DNA of 64,000 nucleotides from Bugula neritina (lineage: Eukaryota; Animalia; Bryozoa). The notes beneath the pieces are model-generated. The model did no database searches and was not told the DNA's origin. It saw only the letters and a program-made list of their open reading frames with translations. The position numbers were made by a program, and so were the translations under genes. The stretch is from assembly GCA_964035545.1 (NCBI GenBank), contig OZ037765.1:1302001-1366000 (forward strand), read 5' to 3'. Below, one piece after another: positions 14,801 through 33,589 of this stretch. How positions within the stretch are numbered: position 1 is the first letter of the stretch; each line of letters starts with the position of its first letter.

Positions 14801-16578
14801 GTAGTAGTGTGTAGAGTAGTGTAGTAGTGTGTAGAGTAGTGTAGTAGTGTGTAGAGTAGTGTAGTAGTGTGTAGAGTACTGTAGTTGTGTGTAGAGTAGT
14901 GTAGTAGTGTGTAGAGTAGTGTAGTAGTGTGTAGAGTAGTGTAGTAGTGTGTAGAGTAGTGTAGTAGTGTGTAGAGAAGTGTAGTAGTGTGTAGAGTAGT
15001 GTAGTAGTGTGTAGAGTAGTAGAGTAGTGTGTAGAGTAGTGTAGTAGTGTGTAGAGTAGTGTAGTAGTGTGTAGAGTAGTGTAGTAGTGTAGTAGCGTGT
15101 AGAGTAGTGTAGTAGTGTGTAGAGTAGTGTAGTAGTGTGTAGAGTAGTGTAGTAGTGTGTAGAGTAGTGTAGTAGCGTGTAGAGTAGTGTAGTAGTGTGT
15201 AGAGTAGAGTAGTGTGTAGAGTACTGTAGTTGTGTGTAGAGTAGTGTAGTAGTGTGTAGAGTAGTGTGTAGAGTAGTGTAGTAGTGTGTAGAGTAGTGTA
15301 GTAGTGTGTAGAGTAGTGTAGTAGTGTGTAGAGTAGTGTAGTAGTGTGTAGAGTACTGTAGTTGTGTGTAGAAAAATCACCTTTGCATCTTTGCAGCTGC
15401 AAACAAATCTTTTATCATCTTTCTTATGAGGTAAGAAAGTGAAGTGCAGATAACCGAGTTGGTGTTTAACTGTGACCGGAGTTTTAACCGCCATGACGTT
15501 CTTAGTGATTCGCTGGACGAGGGGGCCGGGTTTGTCTACAGTCAGCGACCAGATCTGCTGCCTCATCTCCGCCGTGATGTCCATCGAGTTAAGTATCGAG
15601 CTGAGAGTGGAAGTCTCGATCTCCAATGGCGTCGCCTCATCTAAAACATTCCCAAAGCAAGTAAAATATAACAAGAGTTCTCGTACCTAGAGCTACTGTT
15701 GAGACAATGGTGCCGGTGAAAGTATACCGAGAGCTTCCACAGAGGACTTGATGTGAAAGCAGGGCTCTAGCGTCTCGTTCCTGCTCCTGGCGCAGGTCTC
15801 CACGTAACACTTGGCAGCATTGCACACGATAGTGACGTCTACGGTGGCGGGGTTTCCCTCCATGTCCTGCACTATCGGCAGCTGCACAAACCCCCTGGCA
15901 TCTCCTGTCTTACTCCGCACAGAATACACCTGTATGCTCGGGTCTACAAAGTCAAACAGCATGGCAATCATTAAGTTATGTATTGGCAATTCATTATAGT
16001 TTAAAGTGTGAAGGAGGTACTCGCACGAAATAATTCTATAATAAAATTTAAAGTGAGCAGCAGATCCCGTTGACACAATGCAGAGCACCTGTTGACACTA
16101 TGCAGAGCACCTGTTGACACTATGCAGAACACCTGTTGACACTATGCAGAGAACCTGTTGACACTATGCAAAGCACCTGTTGACACAATGCAGAGCACCT
16201 GTTGACATTATTAAGAGTACCTGTTGACACTATTCAGAGTACCTGTTGACAATATGCAGAGCACCTGTTGACACTATTCAGAGTACCTGTTGACACTATA
16301 TAGAGCACCTGTTGACACAATAACTGACCTGTCAGAAGTTTGCTGGCTTCTGGTCCAACAGGTTTCTTCTTTTCTGAAGTTTTAAACACCTGATCACAGA
16401 GAGCATTTTTACAGCGCAGTCCTCTGGTACCGTTGAGAGTGCCACACTTCTCACACTTACGCACTCCCCTCAACGTCGCTTTGCCCAAGTCACCAAGGAA
16501 CAGCGGAGGTCTACCGAGGGCATCATCGGGGTTAGCGAGACCTTTGTGTTTGCTGTGAATAGCCAGCGGGCTAAGCAT
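11851..16578 (-). CDS. C2orf42: C2orf42 homolog (N-terminal treble-clef zinc finger), 10 coding exons
   Basis: N-terminus [31 protein letters not shown] matches the C2orf42 signature; also [34 protein letters not shown]. Exons 16578-16329, 15943-15728, 15640-15381, 14379-14223, 14133-13801, 13574-13458, 13113-12902, 12592-12430, 12335-12258, 11987-11851, all phase-compatible. Confidence 0.88.
14390..15372. repeat. 20-bp minisatellite (GTAGAGTAGTGTAGTAGTGT)n, about 49 copies, filling intron 3 of the C2orf42 homolog
   Basis: Directly visible tandem array between the donor (15380) and acceptor (14380). Confidence 0.97.
16068..16328 (-). repeat. 22-bp minisatellite GTGCTCTGCATAGTGTCAACAG, about 12 copies, beginning at a splice donor
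   Basis: Tandem cagagcacctgttgacactatg on +; abuts the exon end CTGACAG|GTCAGT at 16329/16328. Confidence 0.93.
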
Positions 16579-19500
16579 GTCACCTAAACCATGATAAATA
16601 ACACTAAACCAAACTAGAAATTGAGTGATACTAACCTACCTTACTGCTAGTATACCTGTCAACCATGATTTGCTAATAGTAACTCTAATACTAATTTGAT
16701 AACTTAATTCAATAGACAAAATTAAATTTTAAGTTTTCAAATATTTACACTAAAATTATTATTTAAATGGAAATTAAAAAAAATTACACAAGTTTAGAAT
16801 AGGTAGAGTAAAACTTGGCAAACAATTGCATAAAATGTGTTAAATTTATTGGTTTTTCTTATTACTAATGTCCTAAATAGGAAAAGAAAACATCATGCTA
16901 GAAACTGTACAGCAGAGAAGCTGATAGAGTAGGCAAGAGTTGACATACAGAGTCTGTAGGACCTCTCACTACAGAGTTACTATGTCATTTATGATCATAT
17001 TGCAATGAAAATTAGGAAAAGACACAACAGTGCCTGATGACAGTAGAACAAAAAGAAAAATATTAAGAGTTTAGATGATGACGCCAAATATTGACAAAAT
17101 CTTAGTACAGTTGTGGCCATAATATGTTTGACTGAACTACCAGTAATAATGATACTGAGTTTCGAAGACATTTAGAATCTTGGATTTGGTTAGTAATTCA
17201 CTTATTCGGCATAACTTAAACTATAAGCGCTAAATATAATAATTTTATCCTCACAATTACAATGATGATCACCATTAACTAAATGCGTATAATTATATAT
17301 GATAACAATACTAATAGCAACAACATATTATTATCATCTTATTACATTTATACACATCATATTCATTATTTTTAACTATACAATTTCAATTATATATAGT
17401 GAAACTTAAACTTGGTATTTATATTAATAATGATAATTAACTATAGAGTATAGACATACTCATACCTAGAAAATCATATTAATGATACTGCTAGTATTAC
17501 GATGACTTAAACCTAGTCTATAACTATGAGTATAAGTTTTAGTTATACTTGTGAAATTGAATATTGCTATTACATATACTATTACCATTAGTACTAGTTA
17601 TACTTATACAGCTATAGTTATTATTATAGGAATATAACTAAAAGAATAACATTAACATCAACTATGGTCTATAATTAACTAAAAGTATAACAGTTATGCC
17701 TGTTTATAATAAATTGACAAAAACGTTATACTTATAATACTTAATCTTCTAGTAAAATAATTATAATAATATTTAATAAAAACCAATAACAATTTATAAC
17801 GTATAATAATAATCATAGTGTCCTATAATAAATGTAATACTCACAGTAGACAGTATAACTATAAGTTATAAATTACAATAATGATTAAAATAACAATTTC
17901 AATTTGTATTATTAAAAAGTTATAGTTTATAGCTACACTTACTAATACTTACACTTACAGTTAATAAGTTATACTTCTAATGACTAATCTGTGTGATTAC
18001 CATAATTATAATTACGATTAGGATTATACACTTACAGTTATACAATTACTGAATTACCATAACTATTAGTATTAGTGTAAGACTAAGTATCACATCGGCA
18101 TGTTAAACTTAAACACCAAGCCCAACATGAACATTAGCCATCAACATGAACTGATGACCATGAGGCATGAACATACCCCGCTCCGTGAATCAGCTTCAGA
18201 ATGTGAGCTCGAGTAAACTCAAACTGAAACTGTAAAGTTTCAGTTTGAAAACCAAAGACCAAGCCTAATCAGTAATCATAATGGCTACCTAGTAGTATTA
18301 TAAACTATCGAAACCACACCAGCAACGCATTTGATTTTTAATAATAAAATTGGTGCTAGCAATGTCATTGCGTTTACAGTTGCATACCTCTGATGAGATG
18401 GACTAAAATCAAATGAAGGTAATTCTGCTCAATTGGATTGCCAAGCAATCAGGTTTAATGTTGCTTCTCCTTCTTTACGGCGAAGTACAAAAACTGCAAT
18501 TGGTTGATTTTAGATGAAGACAAACGGTACTGACTATCTGCATAAAGTTTAATTGTGAGAAAATAATTTTTGCTGCTTTTTAATTTTGTTTTATTATATG
18601 TAGAAATTAAAAATTTTTATTCAGAATGTCTTTTAAATTTTTAAATACCTTTTATCTGCTACAGAATGCTTATCGCTTGAGTAAGCTCGCTACTGTGCTA
18701 GCTCAAAACAAAGGGTCAAAAGGTCAAAAGAAATAAAGTCAGTCTAGTCTGAGTGCTTGTGGTTTTGAGAGTTGATAATCATAATGATAATGATACCTAA
18801 TGTAGCGGCCTCCGTCACTAATCGTTATGTTGCAGTAGTACTTACAATCACTTTAAAATCCGTGGCAGAATGCTGAACAGATACAATAATATTTAATCAA
18901 TTTGTGAGTCTCAATTACCCATACTCTTACTCTTAGTCTTACTCTTACTCTTACTCTTAGTGTTACTGTTACTGTTACACTTACTGTTATTGTTAGTGTT
19001 GGACTTACACTCACAGTTACTCTTACTCTTAGTAGGCTTAAGCTTAGAGTTAGTGTTGCATTAGTAATAGTAGTAATACTAATTACTATTAGTGTTACTA
19101 ATAGTAATAGTAATACTAATAGTAATAATTAATAAGTATTAGTATTAGTAATACTAATACTTATTAATTATAGTTATACTAATAGTAATAGTAAAACTAA
19201 AAGTTATAGTAATACTAGTATTACTTATACTATAACTATAAGTATAACTATTAGTATTAAGTATAGCTGGGAGTGTCGTAGTTTTACTTATACTAGTATA
19301 ACTGTAAAAGTATTATTAATAGTAATAATATAAGTATCACTAGAAGGATGAGTGTTGCAACTAGTATTGCAATTATTGTACTCGTAGTTCTGTAACTTAA
19401 TAGTCATTTGTATGAATATGTTTCTCAGTTGATATCAAAATTTACTCAGTTAAGTAGGCAGGTGTAAAGTTATAAAAATATAGGATTAGGATTTTTGAAG

Positions 19501-19706
19501 CTATGTACTGCAGTTTTGCTTAATGTTGAACACTTTCTTTACTAATAGAAGTTATACTTTTTTGTAGCTGGACACTTCAGTTTTCCTTCACTAATCTATG
19601 GCTTGGACGGTACCCTTCTTACTTATCTCTACACATCATGGGAATGCTAGCTATGTCATTGCTCACTCTGGTTCATTCACATTTCTAGACTCCTATTAAT
19701 GGTGAC

Positions 19707-21200
19707 ATGGGCGAGCAAATGTTTTGTTTCTCTAAACGAATATACAATTTTCTTGAGGCTAAAGCCATAGGCAGAGTCGTAGCACTCCTGTGTGTCAGCA
19801 CTTCAATATTGTCAGTTGGGTACAGCCTGGCTTTCTACCGAATGCCACTCTCACCTCTCTGCCGCTTTCACAGCCGTCCTAACTGCCGAAGAGGTCTCAA
19901 CCCGCTGCACCCCGGAGTCACTGAGCTCTACGCTATTAATGTGAACTTTGGAGATCAAGAGTTTTATACTGCTGATGTCAGCTTCTCTGCCAATACTTTG
20001 TCATTATTAATTGGACTGTGTTTAGCCGCGAAACTCGTAAACTGCGTTGGACGAGTCCGAACCATAGCCATCTCAACTCTGCCCAACTTCTTGGCTTGGG
20101 TAGTTGTGCTAGCATTCCAGTACAATAAAACACCTGCACTGATATTCACTGCTGAGCTACTTTGCTCATTCAGTGCGGGGCTAGCGATCCTTTCAACTAT
20201 AATTTACACAGTTGAAATATCATCCAATGCGATTTACTCATGCATTAGTTGTTTCTTTTCTTTGTGTTTGGCCGTGGGCTTTGTTATAGGCTGGGTCTTG
20301 CACATTCAAACCGAGCCCACACCAATGTACATATACTATAAAGCGGCTCCCCAACCTCGTGTCGTTATCGACTCCGTCGAAGTTTTTGAAGAATCTTTCT
20401 TTTGGCGCACTTATTCCGTGTATGGAATTGCGATCTCTTTAGCGAGTCTCTTAGCAACTACTTATCTTCCACTGTCTCCCTATTGGCTGATATTGACCAG
20501 TGACAAGGCTAGAGCTCTACAATCACTCAAAACACTCACAACCAAGTATGCTGATCACCACAAAGAGATTGCTTCCATTCAGACAAAAGTTGGTTTTGTA
20601 TGGTCTTCCAACTTGGTTACAGAGTGGATTAGCTATGTTCAAGAGAATAAAAGAACTTTCCTATTTATTTCATCAATTATATTCTTCCAGCAACTGGGAG
20701 GGGTGAATGTAATACCATCATATTTGGAAGCTCTACATGAATACACGTATAAAAATGGTGAAACTGCAGCTGCTTTTGCCGCTTACTTAGTTTTCAGCGT
20801 ATCTCTAATATCTGCCATTTTAAGAACATTCGTTAGTTGTAAATGCTTACTTCTAACCAGTGCTTTCTTTGCTACTTGCTCCTGCGCTGCTTATAGTTCC
20901 TTTCTCTACCTAGAGTTAGATAAACTCAAGATGAACCAGTTTGCTGTTAGATTTTTATATGCTTGTATAATAAGCCAATGGATCGGAGGCGCGCAGTTGA
21001 TGCCCGTTGTAAGGTTTGTAGCCTGTGTACCTGTGTCTCTTAGGGGTATGGCTTGTTTTATATGCTTCAGTTTAATGATACTTACCTTTTACACCATATT
21101 TATGCTAAAACTTTATATTTCATGCTTTTGTTTATTTTTTTGTTTTTCTATATCAAATATTTTGTTATTATTTGTCCTGTTATTATATAAACTTGCTTAA
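19707..21200 (+). CDS. Divergent MFS sugar-porter family (Tret1/GLUT8-like) transporter, single coding exon
   Basis: 497-aa highly hydrophobic ORF with degenerate sugar-porter motifs VGRVRT (GRR), YTVEIS, LPLSPYWL (PESPRWL), FFQQLGGVNVI (QQLSGIN), PVSLRG. Confidence 0.8.
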   Translation: MGEQMFCFSKRIYNFLEAKAIGRVVALLCVSTSILSVGYSLAFYRMPLSPLCRFHSRPNCRRGLNPLHPGVTELYAINVNFGDQEFYTADVSFSANTLSLLIGLCLAAKLVNCVGRVRTIAISTLPNFLAWVVVLAFQYNKTPALIFTAELLCSFSAGLAILSTIIYTVEISSNAIYSCISCFFSLCLAVGFVIGWVLHIQTEPTPMYIYYKAAPQPRVVIDSVEVFEESFFWRTYSVYGIAISLASLLATTYLPLSPYWLILTSDKARALQSLKTLTTKYADHHKEIASIQTKVGFVWSSNLVTEWISYVQENKRTFLFISSIIFFQQLGGVNVIPSYLEALHEYTYKNGETAAAFAAYLVFSVSLISAILRTFVSCKCLLLTSAFFATCSCAAYSSFLYLELDKLKMNQFAVRFLYACIISQWIGGAQLMPVVRFVACVPVSLRGMACFICFSLMILTFYTIFMLKLYISCFCLFFCFSISNILLLFVLLLYKLA

Positions 21201-22504
21201 AACATCTGGTTTTGTTTCCTAAACTATTCATAATATTATACTGAATCTTTTTTTATATTGTATCCAAAAGAATCAGTGTTAATATAACATGTTAATGTAC
21301 TATATGAACTTGTATCCGTGGTATGATTTTGTCACAAAGTTAGTGCACAGTGTGACAGTTTGCTTAGAAATATCTGGTGTCTGAAAATGTCAAGACGTCT
21401 CTTTCTGCTAGAATTAGATATTATATTGGTCTTTGTTGAGCTGTGTGGTTTATAAGAACTTCATTATTAAACTGAAGTTTACAAATAAGCATCTTCCTTT
21501 ATATTAACTAAATACATAGCCTAGAAACTTCCACAATTGTGCATGGATCATGAACTGACACTAATAGTATAGTAAAACAAACAATGTAATCAAGTATTTT
21601 CGAAATAGTAGGCTGCCCTAAAATTGCATTTCATAGTTATAAATATTAAAAGTGTTGACTAATATTAAAAGAGAATGATATAAATAATAATTTATAGAGT
21701 AAAATTAATAATAATTGTGTACAATCAATGTACGTACTTTAGAATTTTTTTTCAATTTTAGATGCACAAGAAACAAAGTAGTTTTATTTTAATAATAAAT
21801 ACATGATAAAAGAGTTCAGCCTTCTGGCTGATGCTTCCTAGGACACGTGATTTAAAATGAACCAATCAAACTGTTTGAAGAAACTTATCAGTGTGCGAGG
21901 AAACTAGTGGTTGAATGCTCCACATGTATGCAAGTTTGTTATCAGCCTAAGGTTATGATGGAAACATTCCCAACTTAAGACTAAACTTCCATATTGTTTG
22001 GTGTTATCACAAAACTGTGTAGCTAAAAGCTTCATTTTTAATCAACATCCTTCAGCGTGTACAGAGGAAATATCACTTTTATATAACGGAACGCTATCCC
22101 TGCATTGATCACAACTACATGCATTTCTTTAAATTAACACTCACATATCCACCATAAGCCAGCTGTGTTTTTGTAGATTTATTGTTGAAAGATGATATAT
22201 GCGAAGGAGCAGATGTAAATTTGGAACAATGATACAATGATGAATACAAAATATAATATTTACAGATCTTAATTGTACCAATAAACACCAGAGAGTGCTG
22301 CTCTGTGTTCACACACGATTAGCTACAGTCACACTTCATATCTCATATAATAATTGAACATTTTTATGACCTACTTGTTAAATATTGCCCCACTTTTCGA
22401 TGTTGAAATATTAACTCAGCCTTATCAAGATAATATAGAAAAGTGCTATATGGCAAAAAGCCCTTTAAGAATATTGAAATAGTTTAGCAACAGCACTAAG
22501 TACG

Positions 22505-27987
<5,483 letters not shown>

Positions 27988-29218
27988 TCTTCCCGGTTAC
28001 GAACGGACTGAGACTGAAGGGCGTTTACTCATCGCGATACTCACTCAATGCCATACTTGCTACTCACTGTACGAGTATTTTACGTGTGAAGTAATGTGTA
28101 GGGTGAAGTTAATTGCTATTAGAAGCTTGCTAAGTGCTGCCTATTTATATTTACAGGGTTCTTCTGAGTTATCTGATTGGATGGTATAGAGGCACCCTCA
28201 TTATAACGGACAAAGTGCAGATTAGTGACTAATAGATTCGGTATAGGCATATAGCCCTAAGGAATCAATGAGACTGGATAGGGTATTCACAACCCGCCTC
28301 CTAAAGTATAACCTAGTGTAGCTATAGAAACTACAGGCTACAGATAGCAAGCTACAATACCACCTGCTGATGCAGACTAAGATTACACAGTTTATGTAAC
28401 CACAAGAACTATGAGAACAGAAGATGGCATTCCACTGTACAAGTCATACTCAACATGAGTGTAGAGAACGTGAACTATTATGTAATATCAACGAAATTGT
28501 GGTGGCACTAAGTTCTATATTGTAATATTATGTCTGTATTGTATGTCTGTTTGTAAGGCAGGAGGGAGTGGGGTGAAGTATGCCAACTTAAAAAGTAATG
28601 AAATTGTGCAATTAGCCTAACGCTCACCTGGTAACTGAGGTATATGTTTGAGAGTGTTTGCTAAAGCCCAGACTTAATTGAATAACTAAATTTATCCTTC
28701 TAACTCATCACACTACATACTTGCAGGGTGATGTATGATTGTCATGAATCTGTTACAATTAAACTTCTACATGATGAGTCTTTTGATATGTTGAAAGTTT
28801 ATTAAATAAAACAGCAGAGATTCAAATCAAAATAGTGTAAATAAAGTCACCTCTAAAAAGTATTACCTAAAAATTGTATCACAGATTACCGGAATGAATG
28901 TTAGGAAAGCATTAAAAAGCGAGCAGACCACAAGATAACCAAAATAACTATAATTTGTTGAGTAAAAATATAGAATATCTTTGAGCATAAGACATTGGAA
29001 AGTTGACTATAAAAATAGTGTGTGCGACTAACCAACCTACTAGAAATACCTGAACAGATAGAATACCAGTGGACATGAAATTATGCAATACAAAAAGCTA
29101 CATTGTAAAATACAACAAAAAATAAAACATGACAACAATCAAAAGGTAAGTTAACAGGTCCGTAACTGAGCAGTCTAACTCAAAATACGCACAGTGTGGC
29201 CCTAGGCTAACTGAATAG

Positions 29219-31181
29219 TTAAGGTAGTTTAGTAGGTCCCATAATCAGCTGATCAAAATCTACGGTGAGATGAGCGTTGGAGTTGTCTGCTAAAGATCGG
29301 AGATAATCAAAGGAATTCTTGTGTTCAACAGTTGACAGTCCAGTCGAGGCAAACAGAGTCATCAGTCCTTCTCTTCTGGCAGCTTCCAGAAATTGCTAAA
29401 AATGATAATCAAACTCTGTAATATAAGATAGTTACTCTGTAATATAAGATAGTTACTGTGTAATATAAGACAGTTACTCTGTAATATAAGATAGTTACCC
29501 TGTAATATAAGATAGTTACCCTGTAATATAAGATAGCTACTCTGTAATATAAGATAGTTACCCTGTAAGAAGCTTGAGATTTGGCAGCAATTAAAGCTGC
29601 CTGAGCTGTTGAGTTGGCAGTCACTTCTAAGGCACTGTTTTTAATCTGCTGAACCTGAAACACAACATTGTGTAGAGAGGAGACAACTCACAACATTGTG
29701 TTGAGAGGAGACAACTTACAACAGTGTGTTGGTAATATATTAGTTAGCTTGGAGTTGTGCATTCAAATCATTATAAAACATGAAGAGAAGACAACTCACC
29801 TTCTGCTCAGTCTCTTTCTCAATGACAGCAGCTTGCTGTGTGAAACTCTCTTTGGCAGTTTCTTCTGTTATAATCAGAGTTTTGAGGTTTCTCTGCTCCA
29901 CTTCATACGGAATCTTTAAATTGGTGAGTTGAAGATAGCGGGCGTCGACAAACAGCCCCTTATCCTTTACAGTACACTCACCTCGGTCTATGCACCCAAC
30001 AAAACAGTTGGAAACTGTATAAAAGAGAATCACAACAAAGAATGAGCACAGATTTCACGCTATTTGATTGCCTAAAAAGCATTAAGTTAGATCTCAAACA
30101 AATATAGTATAATATATTAACAGGTCCATTGATAAATCTGCAAAAGTTTTATGACTACTTTCTTTTTCTTAAACTGCAGGTCAAGATTAAAACTAAATAC
30201 AAGATAACAATGTATACATATATAAGTACAGTTGAATTAAGTAGTTAAATTAAGCTCAAAATTTCTCAATAAGAATAGCTCCACCCAAATACTGCAATCG
30301 TTTTGCTATTAATACTACCTATACTTGCTAACAGTACTTACTATTACCACTAACAGCGCTTACTATTACTACTAATACTACTTACTTCTACTACTAATAT
30401 TACTTACTATTACTAATACTACTTACTTCTACTACTAATATTACTTACTATTACTAATACTACTTACTTCTACTACTAATATTACTTACTATTACTAATA
30501 CTACTTACTTCTACTACTAATATTACTTACTATTACTAATACTACTTACTTCTACTACTAATATTACTTACTATTACTAATACTACTTACTTCTACTACT
30601 AATATTACTTACTATTACTAATACTACTTACTTCTACTACTAATATTACTTACTATTACTAATACTACTTACTTCTACTACTAATATTACTTACTATTAC
30701 TAATACTACTTACTTCTACTACTAATATTACTTACTATTACTAATACTACTTACTTCTACTACTAATATTACTTACTATTACTAATACTACTTACTTCTA
30801 CTACTAATATTACTTACTATTACTAATACTACTTACTTCTACTACTAATACTACTTACTCCTACTACTCATACTACTTACCGTTACAGTTCACAGGACAA
30901 CACATCCCACCCAGTCTCTGCTGAATGCCAAGCAATAATCTGTTCTCCACTTCTTCCCTCTCAGTGTAAAACTGCTTCAGAGTGAATTTACTGGCTGTAT
31001 CCTGAAATATTCCACAGTAACTAATAGTGTTCGTTAGTAGTAGTAATAGTAGTAGTAGTAGTAGTAGTAATAGTAGTAGTAGTAGTAGTAGTAGCAGTAG
31101 TAGTAGTACTAGTAGTAGTAGTAGTAGTAGCAGTAGTAGTAGCAGTAGTAGTAGCAGTAGTAGTAGTAGTAGTAATAGTAT

Positions 31182-31214
<33 letters not shown>

Positions 31215-32910
31215 GAGTAGTAGTACTAGTAGTAGTACCTTAAGTGCTGCAAGTGCGCTGCTCGAAATGATAGGATGATAATTCACGTCGTACTCGTCAT
31301 GCAAGAGCTTCAAGTCCTCCGGAATAACAAAGTAAATGATGTGAATATCAACTGTAATCTACAACAGGAAGAAGATTAACAGATGTTGTCTACAGAATGA
31401 CACATTCAAGCAGCTTCCCAACAACAATGTACAAGTGTTTCTGTACCAGAATTCAACCCACAAAATTAGATAATGGAAAGTAATGTCATTTTCTGTCTAC
31501 AGATTGTCAGACATTCACCAACAGCTACTGAGAGAGAACAAGACATCTAAAGCTGTTTTATTCACAACTTTCAGCGTAATTTCTAATGAGAGAGAAGCAA
31601 CTCACAGTCAGGGAAGCCCCACTGTCGTCTTCAACGTCCTGGAATTGAGAAGAAAACAAATGTGAGATGCCACAGAGAACTTATCTTAGCAATCAAAGCA
31701 CTTTAAGTATGCCAACATAGTTAGCAAAGTTATAAAACTTCTGAACAATTGAGCTATAAAATATGATATTGATTTATTTAGTTACATATTACGCAGAGTT
31801 TGAATAAAACACATTATTATTGATTAGTTCAAAAAATTCAAGAATGGGAGTATGCAGCAAGCAGCTTGATTTATTCGTAGACTGATGAAGTAAAACAGGG
31901 GAGAGCGGAGAGGGAGGAGGGGAGGAAGGGGGAGGAGTGGTGGAGGAAGAGAGGGGGCAGCTTAGAGCAGCTTACTTGATTCTTTGACAGATAATCAATT
32001 CTTCAACTATTCAACAAATAATGTTTCAAACTTTTCATTCATGCCTAGCAAGGTCATTACTACAAGTTTCCTTATACTATATTGATTTCATAGCTGGTTC
32101 AATCAAGATGTGAAACTGTACGTTCATTATGAAACCAAGAAGAGTAACTGAGGAACTCAACACCACCTCCTGAGGGTCGGGAGCGGCATACACGGTCGAC
32201 TCGTTGAATATGATTTCTTGACCAATTGCATCAAACTTCTTGAAAGTGAAAGTAGGGCCTAGCCACTTCCTCCCGGCAGAGTAAATCTTTTTTGTGTTCA
32301 CAGATCCCGTAGTTTTCGACTTTTTGAAGCCTATCTGCTCAAACCCAAGTTATCATAAAATAGATCTTGGAACAAAGGCTAAGGGATCGTATGACTACTA
32401 ACAGTATCTGGATTATATACTTATGTAACCATTTATTACATTTTTCTGTTGCTAATAACACAATATGTTGTTGATAACATAATATTATAATTACTAAATA
32501 ATTGAAAAATGATTATTTCTTTGTGAAGAAAATAAATTAGTTCTACTAAACAGTGAAGCCTTTCAACAGAATCACCCAACAGCTGTTCACATTTCTTGCA
32601 AATATTTAATAAAAAGTCAATTTTCAAAGAAACTCTAGCAGTTTATAACAATAAGCACAGCTAAACTCATTTATAATGGAGAGCCAATCTTAGGCCGGAG
32701 AAAATTAGGCAACGGCAAAATAATTTATTACTCTCAACTTTTGACAAGTTCCATACAAATTTATTGTTTGCCGTAGCTGTTTAGTCAAACAAAATATCTC
32801 ACCTCATAATAGTGTAAGTCAGCATAGCTGGTCAATAGCAGTGAAAAGAAAATGACGCAGACAATCCCTACAATTATCATCACAGCGAAACGGCTGTCTT
32901 TATCAGCCAT
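29219..32910 (-). CDS. SPFH/Band-7 domain protein paralog A (N-terminal TM anchor, Cys-rich insert, C-terminal coiled coil)
   Basis: Exons 32910-32803, 32334-~32167, 31638-31606, 31358-31239, 31001-30881, 30014-29800, 29654-29562, 29395-29219. Exon lengths 108/120/121/215/93/177 are identical to paralog B. SPFH-like features: GRKWLGP, FTLKQFYTEREEVENRL, LFVDARYLQLTNLKIP, Ala/Glu/Gln-rich coiled coil. Confidence 0.8.
29410..29568 (-). repeat. 21-bp minisatellite GTAACTATCTTATATTACAGR x7 at the donor of SPFH-A intron 7
   Basis: Visible tandem array; homologous to 39979-40218. Confidence 0.93.
30320..30880 (-). repeat. 41-bp minisatellite (two GTAAGT-containing subunits), about 12 copies, starting at the donor of SPFH-A intron 5
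   Basis: Unit tactacttacttctactactaatattacttactattactaa repeats with a 41-nt period up to the donor at 30880. Confidence 0.92.
31035..31238. repeat. (TAG)n trinucleotide microsatellite filling SPFH-A intron 4
   Basis: Directly visible; begins at the donor AAG|GTACTACTA on the - strand. Confidence 0.95.
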
Positions 32911-33589
32911 TTTCCAGCCTCCGTCACGCTGTATAACAAAAATGATGGTGACAACAGATATTCAACTCAGTATAGAAATGCACAGTTAGTCTAAAGTAAT
33001 ATTGCTTTAAAAGCAATGTAAGCTACTAAAATACAAAACAGAAAGACTACTTCACATAAAAATTTAAATAAACTACAAAAACACAATGATAAACCAATTA
33101 TACCGAAACTCTACAATATATGATCATGCTTAAAAACCACTCAAATTGAAATAAACTAAATTTTTGACAGTAAATTAAAAATAATTGCATAGTCACTTAC
33201 TAGTGATTTAATTCGGAAAGCATAGACAAAATTTAATAATTATAAAATTATTATTTAATTTAAGTTTTAGTTTAGCAACTTCTAACATACTAACCAAGCC
33301 CAGAATGAAAGTTTAAAGGTAGAGCCAATTTAGTATTGCTATTGATTGCTAACAGTATAACGTAGAACTTTGCACTTGTACACATAGATAGGCAAAAACT
33401 TAAACTGTAAATCTGATTTGCAACACAATTAACAACTTTATAATATTCACCAGTTACAGTGATGATACTGATAGCACTGCTACTAGTACTAGTAGCTCCA
33501 TTAAATTTAATACTCAAATAATGATAATAGGTCTAATACTAATAGTAATAGATTTATCCTCATACTTATACTTATAGCCTTATCGTTAT

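Noticed and set aside
14370-15402. Long ORFs (434 and 340 aa) of [16 protein letters not shown] repeats
   Set aside because: Translation of a 20-bp intronic minisatellite. The intron is 1001 nt (not a multiple of 3) with valid GT/AG ends, and C2orf42 homology resumes after it.
16068-16328. CRISPR-like regular repeats (also 29410, 39979, 58015)
   Set aside because: Units are head-to-tail with no unique spacers, there are no cas genes, and the context is eukaryotic introns.
31027-31278. Poly-Ser ORF on + strand
   Set aside because: Antisense reading of the intronic (TAG)n tract.
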